DNA of 15,696 nucleotides, taken from NCBI GenBank assembly GCA_046756725.1, contig JBHHWW010000032.1, forward strand, positions 1 through 15,696, given 5' to 3'. Of this stretch, positions 1-8,449 are shown in pieces. Made by a program: the position numbers and the translations under genes. The notes under the pieces are model-generated. The model was not told the DNA's origin, ran no database searches, and was given only the letters and a program-made list of their open reading frames with translations. How positions within the stretch are numbered: the stretch's first letter is position 1; each line of letters opens with the position of its first letter. This stretch comes from Nitrospiria bacterium. GTDB taxonomy: Bacteria > Nitrospirota > Nitrospiria > SBBL01 > JAADHI01.

Positions 1-226
1 CAGGCGGTTCGATCAAATTGGTCGAGGAAGGCGCGTGCCGCCAGGTTGACGGCGGATATGTGGCCGGGGACAACTAAGTGTGAGGGGACAAACAAATGAA
101 CGAGAACGAAATCTCGAGAATTGTAGTTGACCGTGCACTGAAGGTTCATAAAAGGATGTTTAGGTAAAGTACGAGGACATTGTATTTGAAAGGGGATTTC
201 GGATTGCATTGTGAACAAGAAAGTGA

Positions 227-1534
227 TCATTGAGATGTCGGTCGATTCTTATGGACGACAAGGTGTTTCTTGTCCACTTCCTTTATTTTAAAGAAAATGC
301 CTGCTGCCAGGACAAGAATGAATATGATTGAAATTGCCAACCCCTTACGGCGGAACTGTAATTCCGCCAGGGCGACCTTGCCTGCAAGAACGGCTTCATC
401 AACCAAGCTTATTCCTTCCCGGGTCACTTCTTGCGTTTGATTTTCCGACAGACTGTGAACCATGGTGCGGGCCTTTATCAAAGCGTCCCCGGCATCTTTG
501 ATCTGGAAATTTGCTTCGCTTACTTCCATGCCGGCACGTTCGGCAGTTGAGACCAGACTATCTGCGAAGAGAATCTTGCTTTTGAGCCTGTCAATATGTT
601 GGCGCATGGCAACAGCAGCGAGGTATCCTTTAGAGTCCTCCTCATGGCACTCGATACAAATGCTGGAATCGCCGCCCCCGACCATGTCGTCCGTCGGATG
701 CTGAATATCGTGATTCCCGTGACAGGTCTCGCATTCCGGCAACTCGAGCGCTTCAAAAGCCGCGCGATGGGGGCTCTTCAAAAACAATTCGCTGTTGTTC
801 AGATGACATTGACCGCAGATGAAGGCGATGGAAGGAGCGTCCGGTGGCGAAGCGCCATGATTTCCGTGGCAATCATTACAGGCTGGCGCGGCTTGATCAC
901 CTTTCTCCAACAAAGTGACACCATGGACGCTTTGGCGATATTGAGCGACCTGATCAGTTAGAATATCATGCTCTTGCATATAACCCGCGTCCGCATGACA
1001 CTTGCCGCATGTTGCCGGGATATTCAACGGATAAACCGAGGAGCGAGCGTCTTTGGCATCGCGAATGCCATGAACGCCATGGCAATCGATGCAGGTAGCG
1101 ACTTTCGTATCTCCCTTTTGCAGAAGTTTGCCATGTGTGCTGGATCTGTAACGCTCAAATTGGTCCGTAGACATCCTTGGATTGAAGCGGTGCATATAAT
1201 TGGGGTCGCTGTGACACCTGGCGCAAAACTGCGGGATTTCATTTCGCGTTGGCACGCCAATGTATCCTTTTGCCGGATCCATGGATGCCTCCATATCCCC
1301 ATCTAATCCTAACGTCGCGTCGCCGCCATGACAATCTACACAAGATAAGCCCTGTTGGGCGTGTACATCGGTCTTCATTTCCTCTACGGGAACCGTCAAA
1401 TCATCGTCGATTTCCAAGTGGCAGGACACACAGCTATTTACCTCTCCAGATTGGGCCTCTTCCTGGGCTACGCTAGCATCAATCCAACATAGAAAAAGTA
1501 TGAATATCGAGATCGCAATTGCTCTATGTTGCAT
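227..1534 (-). CDS. Nonaheme c-type cytochrome with Sec signal peptide and C-terminal transmembrane anchor. The ORF track gives 227..1576, but the ATG at 1534 is the preferred start because it has a GAGAGGGAA Shine-Dalgarno 7 nt upstream and begins the signal peptide.
   Basis: Nine CxxCH motifs (CVSCH, CVDCH, CARCH, CIDCH, CGKCH, CNDCH, CGQCH, CETCH, CIECH), several in a CxxCHGxHG context. Signal peptide MQHRAIAISIFILFLCWIDASVA/QEE. C-terminal hydrophobic helix LAISIIFILVLAAGIFF followed by a basic tail. Confidence 0.85.
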   Translation of the reverse strand: MQHRAIAISIFILFLCWIDASVAQEEAQSGEVNSCVSCHLEIDDDLTVPVEEMKTDVHAQQGLSCVDCHGGDATLGLDGDMEASMDPAKGYIGVPTRNEIPQFCARCHSDPNYMHRFNPRMSTDQFERYRSSTHGKLLQKGDTKVATCIDCHGVHGIRDAKDARSSVYPLNIPATCGKCHADAGYMQEHDILTDQVAQYRQSVHGVTLLEKGDQAAPACNDCHGNHGASPPDAPSIAFICGQCHLNNSELFLKSPHRAAFEALELPECETCHGNHDIQHPTDDMVGGGDSSICIECHEEDSKGYLAAVAMRQHIDRLKSKILFADSLVSTAERAGMEVSEANFQIKDAGDALIKARTMVHSLSENQTQEVTREGISLVDEAVLAGKVALAELQFRRKGLAISIIFILVLAAGIFFKIKEVDKKHLVVHKNRPTSQ

Positions 1535-1556
1535 GACTGATTTCCCTCTCACACAG

Positions 1557-2693
1557 TTAAAAAGTCTGAGGTACAAGGTATGAGATTAGTGTCATGATGA
1601 TGATGTAAGCCAGGGCCAAGACGCCCAAAACAGTGACGAGTCTACCTGATTGACCGAGCCTGGATTTGCGATCCCAAAATGGCACCAACACCAACAGAAC
1701 ACCACTAACTCCAAAGCCAGCAATGCCTAATACTTCGCCATCGAGAAACAACAGTTTGGCCGGAATGAACTTCAAAGTTTGAAACATGAAAACAAAATAC
1801 CATTCCGGTTGGATGCCGGCGGGCGCAGGCGCGAACGGATCCGCCTTAACGCCAAGCTCCCAGGGGAAGAGCGCAGCGATGGCCACCAGAACCCCCAAAG
1901 CCAAAACCCAACCGAGGACATCGCGCAACAAAAAATTCGGAAAGAAAGGCATCGATCGTATCGGCTGACCACTCCTTTCTAAGCTTAACGGTACGCTCAT
2001 CCCCTGCTTTTGCACGACCCAAAGGTGGAATGCCAGCAATAGCGTGGCAATCATCGGCAGGACGGCCACATGAAAGCCAAAGAAACGGGTCAGGGTTGCG
2101 CCAGTGACATCTTCACCGCCGCGCAGGAACTTCAATAAGAATCCGCCGACAAGCGGCACAAGCGCTACGACTTCAGTGCCGACTTTTGTAGCAAAAAAGG
2201 CGAGCTCGTTCCACGGCAGCAAATATCCTGAGAATCCAAACCCTAATGAAAGAAAAAGCAGAAAGACACCACTGACCCACGTCAGCTCTCGCGGTTTACG
2301 ATACGCCTTCATGAAATAGACGCTGAACAAATGAATGAACGCCGCGGCGACCATTAAATTCGCCGACCAACTGTGAATCGAACGAATCAGCCAACCGAAA
2401 CGCACCTCCGTCATGATAAATTGAACACTTTCGAACGCGGCCTCCGCCGTGGGCCGATAGTAAAGCAAAAGCAAAATTCCCGTTATCACCTGAATGACAA
2501 AAAAGAACAACGTGATGCCGCCGAAATAATACCAGATGCTGTGGCGATGCATGGGAACACGTTTCTTTGCAAGGAAGGATTCCAGGGCACTGATGTCATA
2601 GCGTTCTTTGACCCAAAGTAATATTCGCTGTCCGATCGTTCCGTTCGACTGCGGGGATGGCTTCAATTGAGTTTCCTTAGGCATTTGAGCCAT
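1557..2693 (-). CDS. Cytochrome b of a Rieske/cytochrome b (bc/b6f-type) complex, with the cytochrome b6 and subunit IV portions fused in one polypeptide.
   Basis: Two His pairs spaced by 13 residues on transmembrane helices ([17 protein letters not shown] and [17 protein letters not shown]). A conserved [11 protein letters not shown]-type N-terminal segment. A PEWY motif (IQPEWYF) in the C-terminal subunit-IV-like half. Multiple hydrophobic helices. The 378-aa length fits a fused b6/SUIV. Confidence 0.88.
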   Translation of the reverse strand: MAQMPKETQLKPSPQSNGTIGQRILLWVKERYDISALESFLAKKRVPMHRHSIWYYFGGITLFFFVIQVITGILLLLYYRPTAEAAFESVQFIMTEVRFGWLIRSIHSWSANLMVAAAFIHLFSVYFMKAYRKPRELTWVSGVFLLFLSLGFGFSGYLLPWNELAFFATKVGTEVVALVPLVGGFLLKFLRGGEDVTGATLTRFFGFHVAVLPMIATLLLAFHLWVVQKQGMSVPLSLERSGQPIRSMPFFPNFLLRDVLGWVLALGVLVAIAALFPWELGVKADPFAPAPAGIQPEWYFVFMFQTLKFIPAKLLFLDGEVLGIAGFGVSGVLLVLVPFWDRKSRLGQSGRLVTVLGVLALAYIIIMTLISYLVPQTF

Positions 2694-2771
2694 TGTTTTT
2701 CTTCATCTCCTAATAGTGGCGACCTGCTAACTGTTTGAAACTTGCTTGCGGATTAGCTACCTCCGAATTCA

Positions 2772-3269
2772 TCAAGCTGTTTTCGTAACGACTATATCCT
2801 CCCCTCTAATCTCGACATTGTAGGCTTCTAAAGGACTGGGCTGCGGACCGGAGATATTCTTTCCGGTCAAATCAAAATGGCCGTTGTGGCAGGCACACCA
2901 GATATGCTTGAAATCCGACCGATACTGAACGGTACACTGCAAGTGCGTACAGATGGCCGTGAAGGCTACATACTCATCATTCTGTGTGCGAACCAGGATA
3001 CCCGGCTTGCTGCCGAATCGAAAGATCTTACCGGCATTTAACGCAAGCTCACCAACCCTTGCCGCGACCACGCTGCTCTGGACGGCCTCCTGAACTTTCG
3101 GAGGGATGATGAAATTGACGAGTGGGACAAATATCGCACCCAATGTTGTCAAAAGACCGCCGCCGAGCAAGAAGTTTACAAATCTTCGGCGGGGCATCTC
3201 ATGGCTTTGAGAACTTTCTTCTGCAGTTTCAGATAACCGATTTGGAGATTTTGACTTCATGGCAACCAT
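2772..3269 (-). CDS. Rieske [2Fe-2S] iron-sulfur protein with a TAT signal and membrane anchor.
   Basis: Twin-arginine motif PRRRFVNFLLGGG followed by a hydrophobic helix. Rieske box I CTHLQC and box II CACHNGH. An AGGAG Shine-Dalgarno 6 nt upstream of the ATG. It lies immediately upstream of cytochrome b. Confidence 0.88.
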   Translation of the reverse strand: MVAMKSKSPNRLSETAEESSQSHEMPRRRFVNFLLGGGLLTTLGAIFVPLVNFIIPPKVQEAVQSSVVAARVGELALNAGKIFRFGSKPGILVRTQNDEYVAFTAICTHLQCTVQYRSDFKHIWCACHNGHFDLTGKNISGPQPSPLEAYNVEIRGEDIVVTKTA

Positions 3270-3280
3270 TCCTGACTCCT

Positions 3281-4189
3281 CTACTCCTTCCTTGCATCAG
3301 GTTGCATCGTCTTATTTAGTGCAGCCAGTCCGGAAAAAGTACCCATGTTGAGAGCATCGGAGACGGTACTGGGAACCACCATCAAAGAGCCCTTCTCCTT
3401 CATCCCTTCATAAAGTATGTTCATTGCTCGAAGATGGAAGGCCGTGGGATTCTTTTCATAGCGTTTGGAAGCTCTTTCAAACTTCTCAGCGATCTCGACT
3501 TCAGCATCACCCAGGATGACCCGAGCCTGTTTTTCTCTTTCAGCCTGAGCCTTCCGAGACATAGCATCCTCGAGGTCGGCAGGGATCACCACATCGCGGA
3601 TTTCCACCGACCTCACCGAGATTCCCCAATCATGCGTACGTTCATCGATGATGATTCGGAGTTGCTCATCGATCGCCTCTCGACCCGTCAGCATATCTGC
3701 AAGCATGGTCTTTCCGATAACATCTCGCAACGCAGTCTGGGCCGCCCAGGCGACTGCGTCGTTATAGTTTTCCACGTTGAGTGCTGCTTTTTGGGCATCA
3801 TGTACTTGCCAAAACAGAACAGCATCGACATTGACAGGAACCGTGTCGTGAGTTAGTGTCTTTTCAGCCGCAAATCCGGTAGCTCTCACCCGTTGGTCGA
3901 GCCACATGACTACCCGATCAATCATTGGAATGACCCAGAAAAGGCCAGGGCCTTTCAAACCAATAAACCGCCCCAGACGCAGGATTACTGCCTTTTCCCA
4001 TTGATTTGCCAGCCTTGCTGTGAGGGAAATGACGAAACCTAGCGGAAGGCCGATGAGAAAGACAAGAGTCCGCGCTACTGCATATTCTGGGCGTGGCGCT
4101 AATACCAGACCCAAAACTATGACCATTGTCCACACGGCAGCCAAAATGGCGAAGCTAATGATATTATACCCAAAGAATTTTGGTCGCAT
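3281..4189 (-). CDS. SPFH/band-7 (stomatin/prohibitin-like) membrane protein.
   Basis: Two N-terminal hydrophobic segments followed by the stomatin-type core EKAVILRLGRFIGLKGPGLFWVIPMIDRV. A C-terminal Ala/Glu/Lys-rich coiled region (KAQAEREKQARVILGDAEVEIAEKFERA). A strong AGGAGG Shine-Dalgarno upstream. Confidence 0.85.
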   Translation of the reverse strand: MRPKFFGYNIISFAILAAVWTMVIVLGLVLAPRPEYAVARTLVFLIGLPLGFVISLTARLANQWEKAVILRLGRFIGLKGPGLFWVIPMIDRVVMWLDQRVRATGFAAEKTLTHDTVPVNVDAVLFWQVHDAQKAALNVENYNDAVAWAAQTALRDVIGKTMLADMLTGREAIDEQLRIIIDERTHDWGISVRSVEIRDVVIPADLEDAMSRKAQAEREKQARVILGDAEVEIAEKFERASKRYEKNPTAFHLRAMNILYEGMKEKGSLMVVPSTVSDALNMGTFSGLAALNKTMQPDARKE

Positions 4190-4311
4190 GTTCAGACCTC
4201 CTTTTTCGATTTGAACACTCCCGGATTTAGTTTGTTACAATTGACTCAAAACAAGAACGACCTCGGGTAGACTCATCCCGCAAGCCCCGTTAAATGGTCT
4301 GTCTCGCCGCC

Positions 4312-5535
4312 CTAGTTTTCCGTTTTCCCCGACCTCGAGAAAGAGCGCAGGTAGGCATATAAGTTTGCCATATCCCTGCCGCTCAATTCCTGCCATTTCA
4401 TTTTTCTTTCTTGGAGTATCTTGTGCATTGCCGGAGCGTGATTCCACATGGCCGTAATCATTGCAAGAGGCGAGTCCAGTGCGCCGAGTGCTGCCAGGTC
4501 TGCTGAGATTCTTGCACCTTTTCCCTGCAACGAATGGCAAGTCAGGCATGCTTTCTCATTAAGGATTTTGTATCCCTCCTTGGTATCTCCTGGGGGGTCT
4601 TTGAGCTTGAGCCCATAAATATAGGCAATGACATCCGCTATTTCTCCTTTCTCGAAGACGGGAAAAGCAATACTCTCTCTTTTCATGACCTCCCACATTT
4701 GGGGACCGTGATTCCACATCTTACCAGCGATTTGTGTAACAGAGTAATTAAGGTCGAGCTCAGTAAAATCAGGACCCAAATTGTTGCCATCAGCGCTAGC
4801 TGCATGGCACTTCATGCACCCCTTTTTCTCCGCAATTCTGTAACCAACGACAGGATCGCCGAATGCAAAATCCCCGGGGTGGTCTCTTCGAGGAGACATG
4901 AAAGATCTTATGCCCGCAGCAAGATTGACGATCTCATCATCCTCGAATTCTGGTCGTTTGACTTTATGTTTCTCAAAGATTTCAAGCAGATTTGGTCCGT
5001 GATTCCACAAGGCTTCAGCAAGTTTTATGGGTGCCATATAGTCCTCTATTGCACTAATGTCAGGGCCGACGTCACCACCGACGCCACCAAATTTATGACA
5101 GGTTACACACCCCTTGGATTTCAAAAGCTTCCTGCCTGAAAATTCGATGCCGGGCTCTCCAAGATATCTGAAATAAGCAAGATAGGAAATAAGCTGCGAC
5201 ATTTCCTCACTGTTGAGTTCCGTGAACTGATAACCCGTCTGTCGCATTTTTTGGGACATACTTGGGAAATGATTCCACATCAGCGCTGCTAATTCGAGAT
5301 AGGTGCCATAAAATTTCTGCTTGCCCAGGTCAGGGCCGCCATTGCCATTTTCTCCATACACGGCATGGCATTGGTTGCATCCCTTTTGCCTGAATACTTC
5401 CCGCCCCTTCCATGGCGATTCCAACGATGTGCTTATCTGGGCGCTGACCGAGGAGAACATGAGCACCAGCAACACAAGTGTGAGGCACGGGCCGAAATGG
5501 CTTGATTCCGTTCGGCGTTTGTTTATTGCTAACAT
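4312..5535 (-). CDS. Tetraheme c-type cytochrome made of four tandem class-I (monoheme) cytochrome c domains, with a Sec signal peptide. The ORF track gives 4312..5580, but the ATG at 5535 is the preferred start because it begins the signal peptide and follows a GAGGGA Shine-Dalgarno.
   Basis: Four CxxCH motifs (CNQCH, CVTCH, CMKCH, CLTCH). Each is followed by a GPD(L/I/F) motif and then M/LWNH(F/G/A)P, a candidate Met sixth ligand, and a C-terminal YL-type helix, giving four repeats of roughly 100 aa. Signal peptide MLAINKRRTESSHFGPCLTLVLLVLMFSSVSA/Q. Confidence 0.85.
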   Translation of the reverse strand: MLAINKRRTESSHFGPCLTLVLLVLMFSSVSAQISTSLESPWKGREVFRQKGCNQCHAVYGENGNGGPDLGKQKFYGTYLELAALMWNHFPSMSQKMRQTGYQFTELNSEEMSQLISYLAYFRYLGEPGIEFSGRKLLKSKGCVTCHKFGGVGGDVGPDISAIEDYMAPIKLAEALWNHGPNLLEIFEKHKVKRPEFEDDEIVNLAAGIRSFMSPRRDHPGDFAFGDPVVGYRIAEKKGCMKCHAASADGNNLGPDFTELDLNYSVTQIAGKMWNHGPQMWEVMKRESIAFPVFEKGEIADVIAYIYGLKLKDPPGDTKEGYKILNEKACLTCHSLQGKGARISADLAALGALDSPLAMITAMWNHAPAMHKILQERKMKWQELSGRDMANLYAYLRSFSRSGKTEN

Positions 5536-5542
5536 AGTTCCC

Positions 5543-6763
5543 TCACTTGCTTTGATGAATGCTCCCGGTTTCAGGGGCATGACATTGCTGAACTCCTTCG
5601 TAACAGGATTTCATCAATCTTGCTCTCTTACATTGGCTACAGAGTGATAGCGTCTCGAAGAGGGCATCCCCACATACTTCTTTCGAAAAAGATGCCAGAA
5701 CCCGCTGCTGTATTTTGTCTGGAGAATAGACCACACCGCAACCGGAACATCTAGTTGGCTGAGTTGCTGCTACTTCAATCCACTTCTGCTCTGTGTCTGC
5801 TTCTTGGTGGTCGTATCCAGGAAACAACTTGATAGCTTCTTGTGGACACAGAGCTAAACATTGCTCGCATCCGCTGCACAGCTCCGATTTGAAAAGAAGT
5901 CGAATGCTTTGCTGATCGCTGGTAATCCGAAACGCTTCTGTAGGACAGCCACTGACACATGCTCCACAGAGAATGCAATCGTAAGAGTTGACCTCTAAAA
6001 TACAACCTGCCTCTTTCCCCATGATTTTCCCACGAAGTTGGTGAACCAATTCCTTTTCATGCCTGGAACTTGCCGGCGAATTCAGGACTTTTGCTTCCTG
6101 CTTATGAATCTCGTCTCTGAGGTTCTCCAGGTCACCTGAGACGAAGTCTCGCAATACCGCGGCTAATGAGCGATAAAAAGGTGAATCGGTGCTCGACTCA
6201 ATTTTATTACTGAATTCGGAAGCCCATACACCCAGATGTTTCACTAGAAAGTCATACTGTTTGAGTAGATATTGCAGCGCTATTTCGGCTCTACAATTGT
6301 GCCTGGCTTCATACTCTCTTTCACACAAAAGGGCCATGTATTCCAGTTCAGCTACAATATGATCAGGCAAATCATGAAAATCATGCTTCATAAAGAAGCC
6401 TTCCAAACCATATTCTCTACAGATACTGAATATCTGTTCATCCAAGACCTGATGATTTGGACTTCTATAAATGGATTCGTATGGATGAGCTTTTGGCGAA
6501 TAGGGCCCGACAAAAAGACGGTTGTATTCGATTTCCAAATTCTGCCAAAAGGTGTACTCATTATTTTGGGCGTTCGTTTCAATGAATTGTAATAATTCTG
6601 CGCTCGGCTTTCGATACGCTGAAAAAAGATAATCTCTTGTCTGTTGGGAAAGTATTTCCATCAGTGAGTGTTCATTGTTCGAGGAAAACAACGCCCGGTG
6701 TGGCCGCCCAAATGCCACGGCCAAACCTGCATATATTTCCATCCTGATCTTAGCTCCAACCAT
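5543..6763 (-). CDS. TorD/DmsD-family redox-enzyme maturation chaperone fused to a C-terminal 2x[4Fe-4S] ferredoxin domain with an additional Cys-rich tail.
   Basis: The N-terminal half carries the TorD signatures EYNRLFVGP, HPYESIY and LPDHIVAELEYMALL. The C-terminal half has CILCGACVSGCP and CSGCEQCLALCP (the CxxCxxCxxxCP pattern of 4Fe-4S sites) plus CSGCG...CSQCKRAR...C..C.H. A GGAAGGA Shine-Dalgarno sits 7 nt upstream, and the start abuts the upstream gene's stop as TGAATG. Confidence 0.8.
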   Translation of the reverse strand: MVGAKIRMEIYAGLAVAFGRPHRALFSSNNEHSLMEILSQQTRDYLFSAYRKPSAELLQFIETNAQNNEYTFWQNLEIEYNRLFVGPYSPKAHPYESIYRSPNHQVLDEQIFSICREYGLEGFFMKHDFHDLPDHIVAELEYMALLCEREYEARHNCRAEIALQYLLKQYDFLVKHLGVWASEFSNKIESSTDSPFYRSLAAVLRDFVSGDLENLRDEIHKQEAKVLNSPASSRHEKELVHQLRGKIMGKEAGCILEVNSYDCILCGACVSGCPTEAFRITSDQQSIRLLFKSELCSGCEQCLALCPQEAIKLFPGYDHQEADTEQKWIEVAATQPTRCSGCGVVYSPDKIQQRVLASFSKEVCGDALFETLSLCSQCKRARLMKSCYEGVQQCHAPETGSIHQSK

Positions 6764-8449
6764 TCAAAGTTCCTTCCACTGTACAATGCGAGTCTGGGCT
6801 GCAGGAGCAAACATGTGCCACGGACTTGAATTTGTTCTAGGTTGTATCAGGCAAATTTGCAAAGGAATCATACACAATAGGAGAATTCCCGTGAGCCATT
6901 TGACAGGGGCATAATCGTACATCCAGGTGGAAAAACCCCAGACCATCAATCCAATTCCCAACATAAACGTTCCAATCACCATTATTCTCTTTGCTGTCGG
7001 CGGCATTTCGATTCGGGGGAGAAAAACGTGTTTTTCGCTGTTCTTGATTTCATAGTCTTCAGGCAGCTCGATGACAGGCAGCAACTTGATCAGAATCGTA
7101 AAGAACAGGATACCAAAAAGCCAGGTCCCCAATACAACGATAAGTTCGCTTATGGTCGGAACATACGGAGCAACTTTGTAGGGTAGTAATGGATGATAAA
7201 ATGATGGGACAACGATGAGAAAACGAATCATCCACAGGGCCATGTTTATCAGAATTGATGCAAATACGGTCAGGCTGATGCTGCAGATTTTGGGATTACA
7301 GCCTTGAATAAACAGCAAAAAGAACGGAAAAAGTAATCCGCCTAGTAAAGTAGGCCAGGTCAATATGGCAAATCGTCCCCAGAGATAATCAGTCCAGACT
7401 TTATGGTCGGCTTCAGGGGCAGAGTATAATCCCGTCAGTATTTCACTAAATAGAAAATACATATAGAGCCAGGTTACAAAGCCCAGGAAAATACCCAATC
7501 CTTTGAACATGCGCGCCGGAAGAAATTCATCCCAGTCATAAATTTTTCGTAACACCGCTATGATGATAATCATTGCTGAAAATCCAGAGACAATTGCTCC
7601 CAAAACGAAATAAGGCGCCATAATAGGATTAAACCAGCCCGGTCTACCCGGCTGCAGTCCGAATACAAAGCCGTAAACCGAATGCACCGAAACCATGATG
7701 GGTAAAATGATCACCGCACACCACCAGATTGTGCGGTTATGGGTTTCCTGCACCTGTCTTGTGTCTCTGTAACCAATGGCCAAAATTCGATAAAGCCAGC
7801 GTTTTTTGGGTATTAACATAGAAGAAATGCAAAGATCTCTCCGCATGGCTAAATACAGGTAAACCGAGCTGCCTATGACATACCATGTAATAACCGTCAT
7901 GGACCAGACAAACGGGGCATGGATGCGACCGTGCAGGACAACATTGACCAAGAATCTATCTGGCCTGCCAACATCCAACATAATATTTAAGACCGCTGCG
8001 GTCATAGAAACCAGCGTAACCAACTCAGCAATCCTCGCCAGAGGTTTGTATCTCTCTAAATTCATGATCCGGACACTGGCCGAAATGGCAATGCCAACAT
8101 GGCTGATTCCGATGAGGTGAATAATATTGGCGACAATAACCCCCCACATGGCTCCCTTGGTGCTAAGACCCTGTACACCATGACCGACTAAAGTCTGATT
8201 AGTAATCACATACATCCATCCCGAAAGCAGCAGTAGTAATCCCCCTATAAAGAAATAGAATCCTCTGCTGGTGCTCAACAATGGCCGGAATGCACTTTCA
8301 AGATTCATTACTGCTTTAGAATCCAAATGGTCTCTGTTCCAGGTAAAATCTGGAGCTTTGAAAGTAGAATTTACTTTTGCTTCATGCAACCCGCTTTGCC
8401 GCTCTCCTGCAAAAGGTGATGCTTGTTCTGTCTTGGTCCGCAACATCAT
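6764..8449 (-). CDS. NrfD/PsrC-family integral membrane quinone-interacting subunit of a complex iron-sulfur molybdoenzyme. It is a long form with roughly 10 or more predicted helices.
   Basis: About 60 N-terminal cytoplasmic residues, then FYFFIGGLLLLLSGW and WGVIVANIIHLIGISHVGIAISA, typical of the NrfD family. Hydrophobic helices continue through a C-terminal extension (…TWMYDYAPVKWLTGILLLCMIPLQICLI). The start overlaps the upstream ferredoxin-subunit stop as ATGA. Confidence 0.8.
   Translation of the reverse strand: MMLRTKTEQASPFAGERQSGLHEAKVNSTFKAPDFTWNRDHLDSKAVMNLESAFRPLLSTSRGFYFFIGGLLLLLSGWMYVITNQTLVGHGVQGLSTKGAMWGVIVANIIHLIGISHVGIAISASVRIMNLERYKPLARIAELVTLVSMTAAVLNIMLDVGRPDRFLVNVVLHGRIHAPFVWSMTVITWYVIGSSVYLYLAMRRDLCISSMLIPKKRWLYRILAIGYRDTRQVQETHNRTIWWCAVIILPIMVSVHSVYGFVFGLQPGRPGWFNPIMAPYFVLGAIVSGFSAMIIIIAVLRKIYDWDEFLPARMFKGLGIFLGFVTWLYMYFLFSEILTGLYSAPEADHKVWTDYLWGRFAILTWPTLLGGLLFPFFLLFIQGCNPKICSISLTVFASILINMALWMIRFLIVVPSFYHPLLPYKVAPYVPTISELIVVLGTWLFGILFFTILIKLLPVIELPEDYEIKNSEKHVFLPRIEMPPTAKRIMVIGTFMLGIGLMVWGFSTWMYDYAPVKWLTGILLLCMIPLQICLIQPRTNSSPWHMFAPAAQTRIVQWKEL

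Noticed and set aside
212-295. Short plus-strand ORF (GTG start) ending ...GRQGVSCPLPLF, superficially like the TusA CPxP motif.
   Set aside because: It is only about 28 codons and terminates right after the motif. It lies antisense within the 3' end of the nonaheme cytochrome gene, and a CPxP match of this size is expected by chance.
2694-2771. 78-nt Rieske/cytochrome b intergenic spacer, examined for a promoter or terminator.
   Set aside because: It has only a weak 5-bp stem (GCTAA...TTAGC) with a long loop and no consensus promoter elements. It is most simply a spacer within one transcript.
4534-5139. 201-aa plus-strand ORF, along with other plus-strand ORFs such as 596..961, 968..1306, 3434..3856 and 11125..11457.
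   Set aside because: Each lies entirely antisense to a strongly supported minus-strand gene with clear domain signatures. None has a recognisable motif or RBS. They are typical shadow ORFs.
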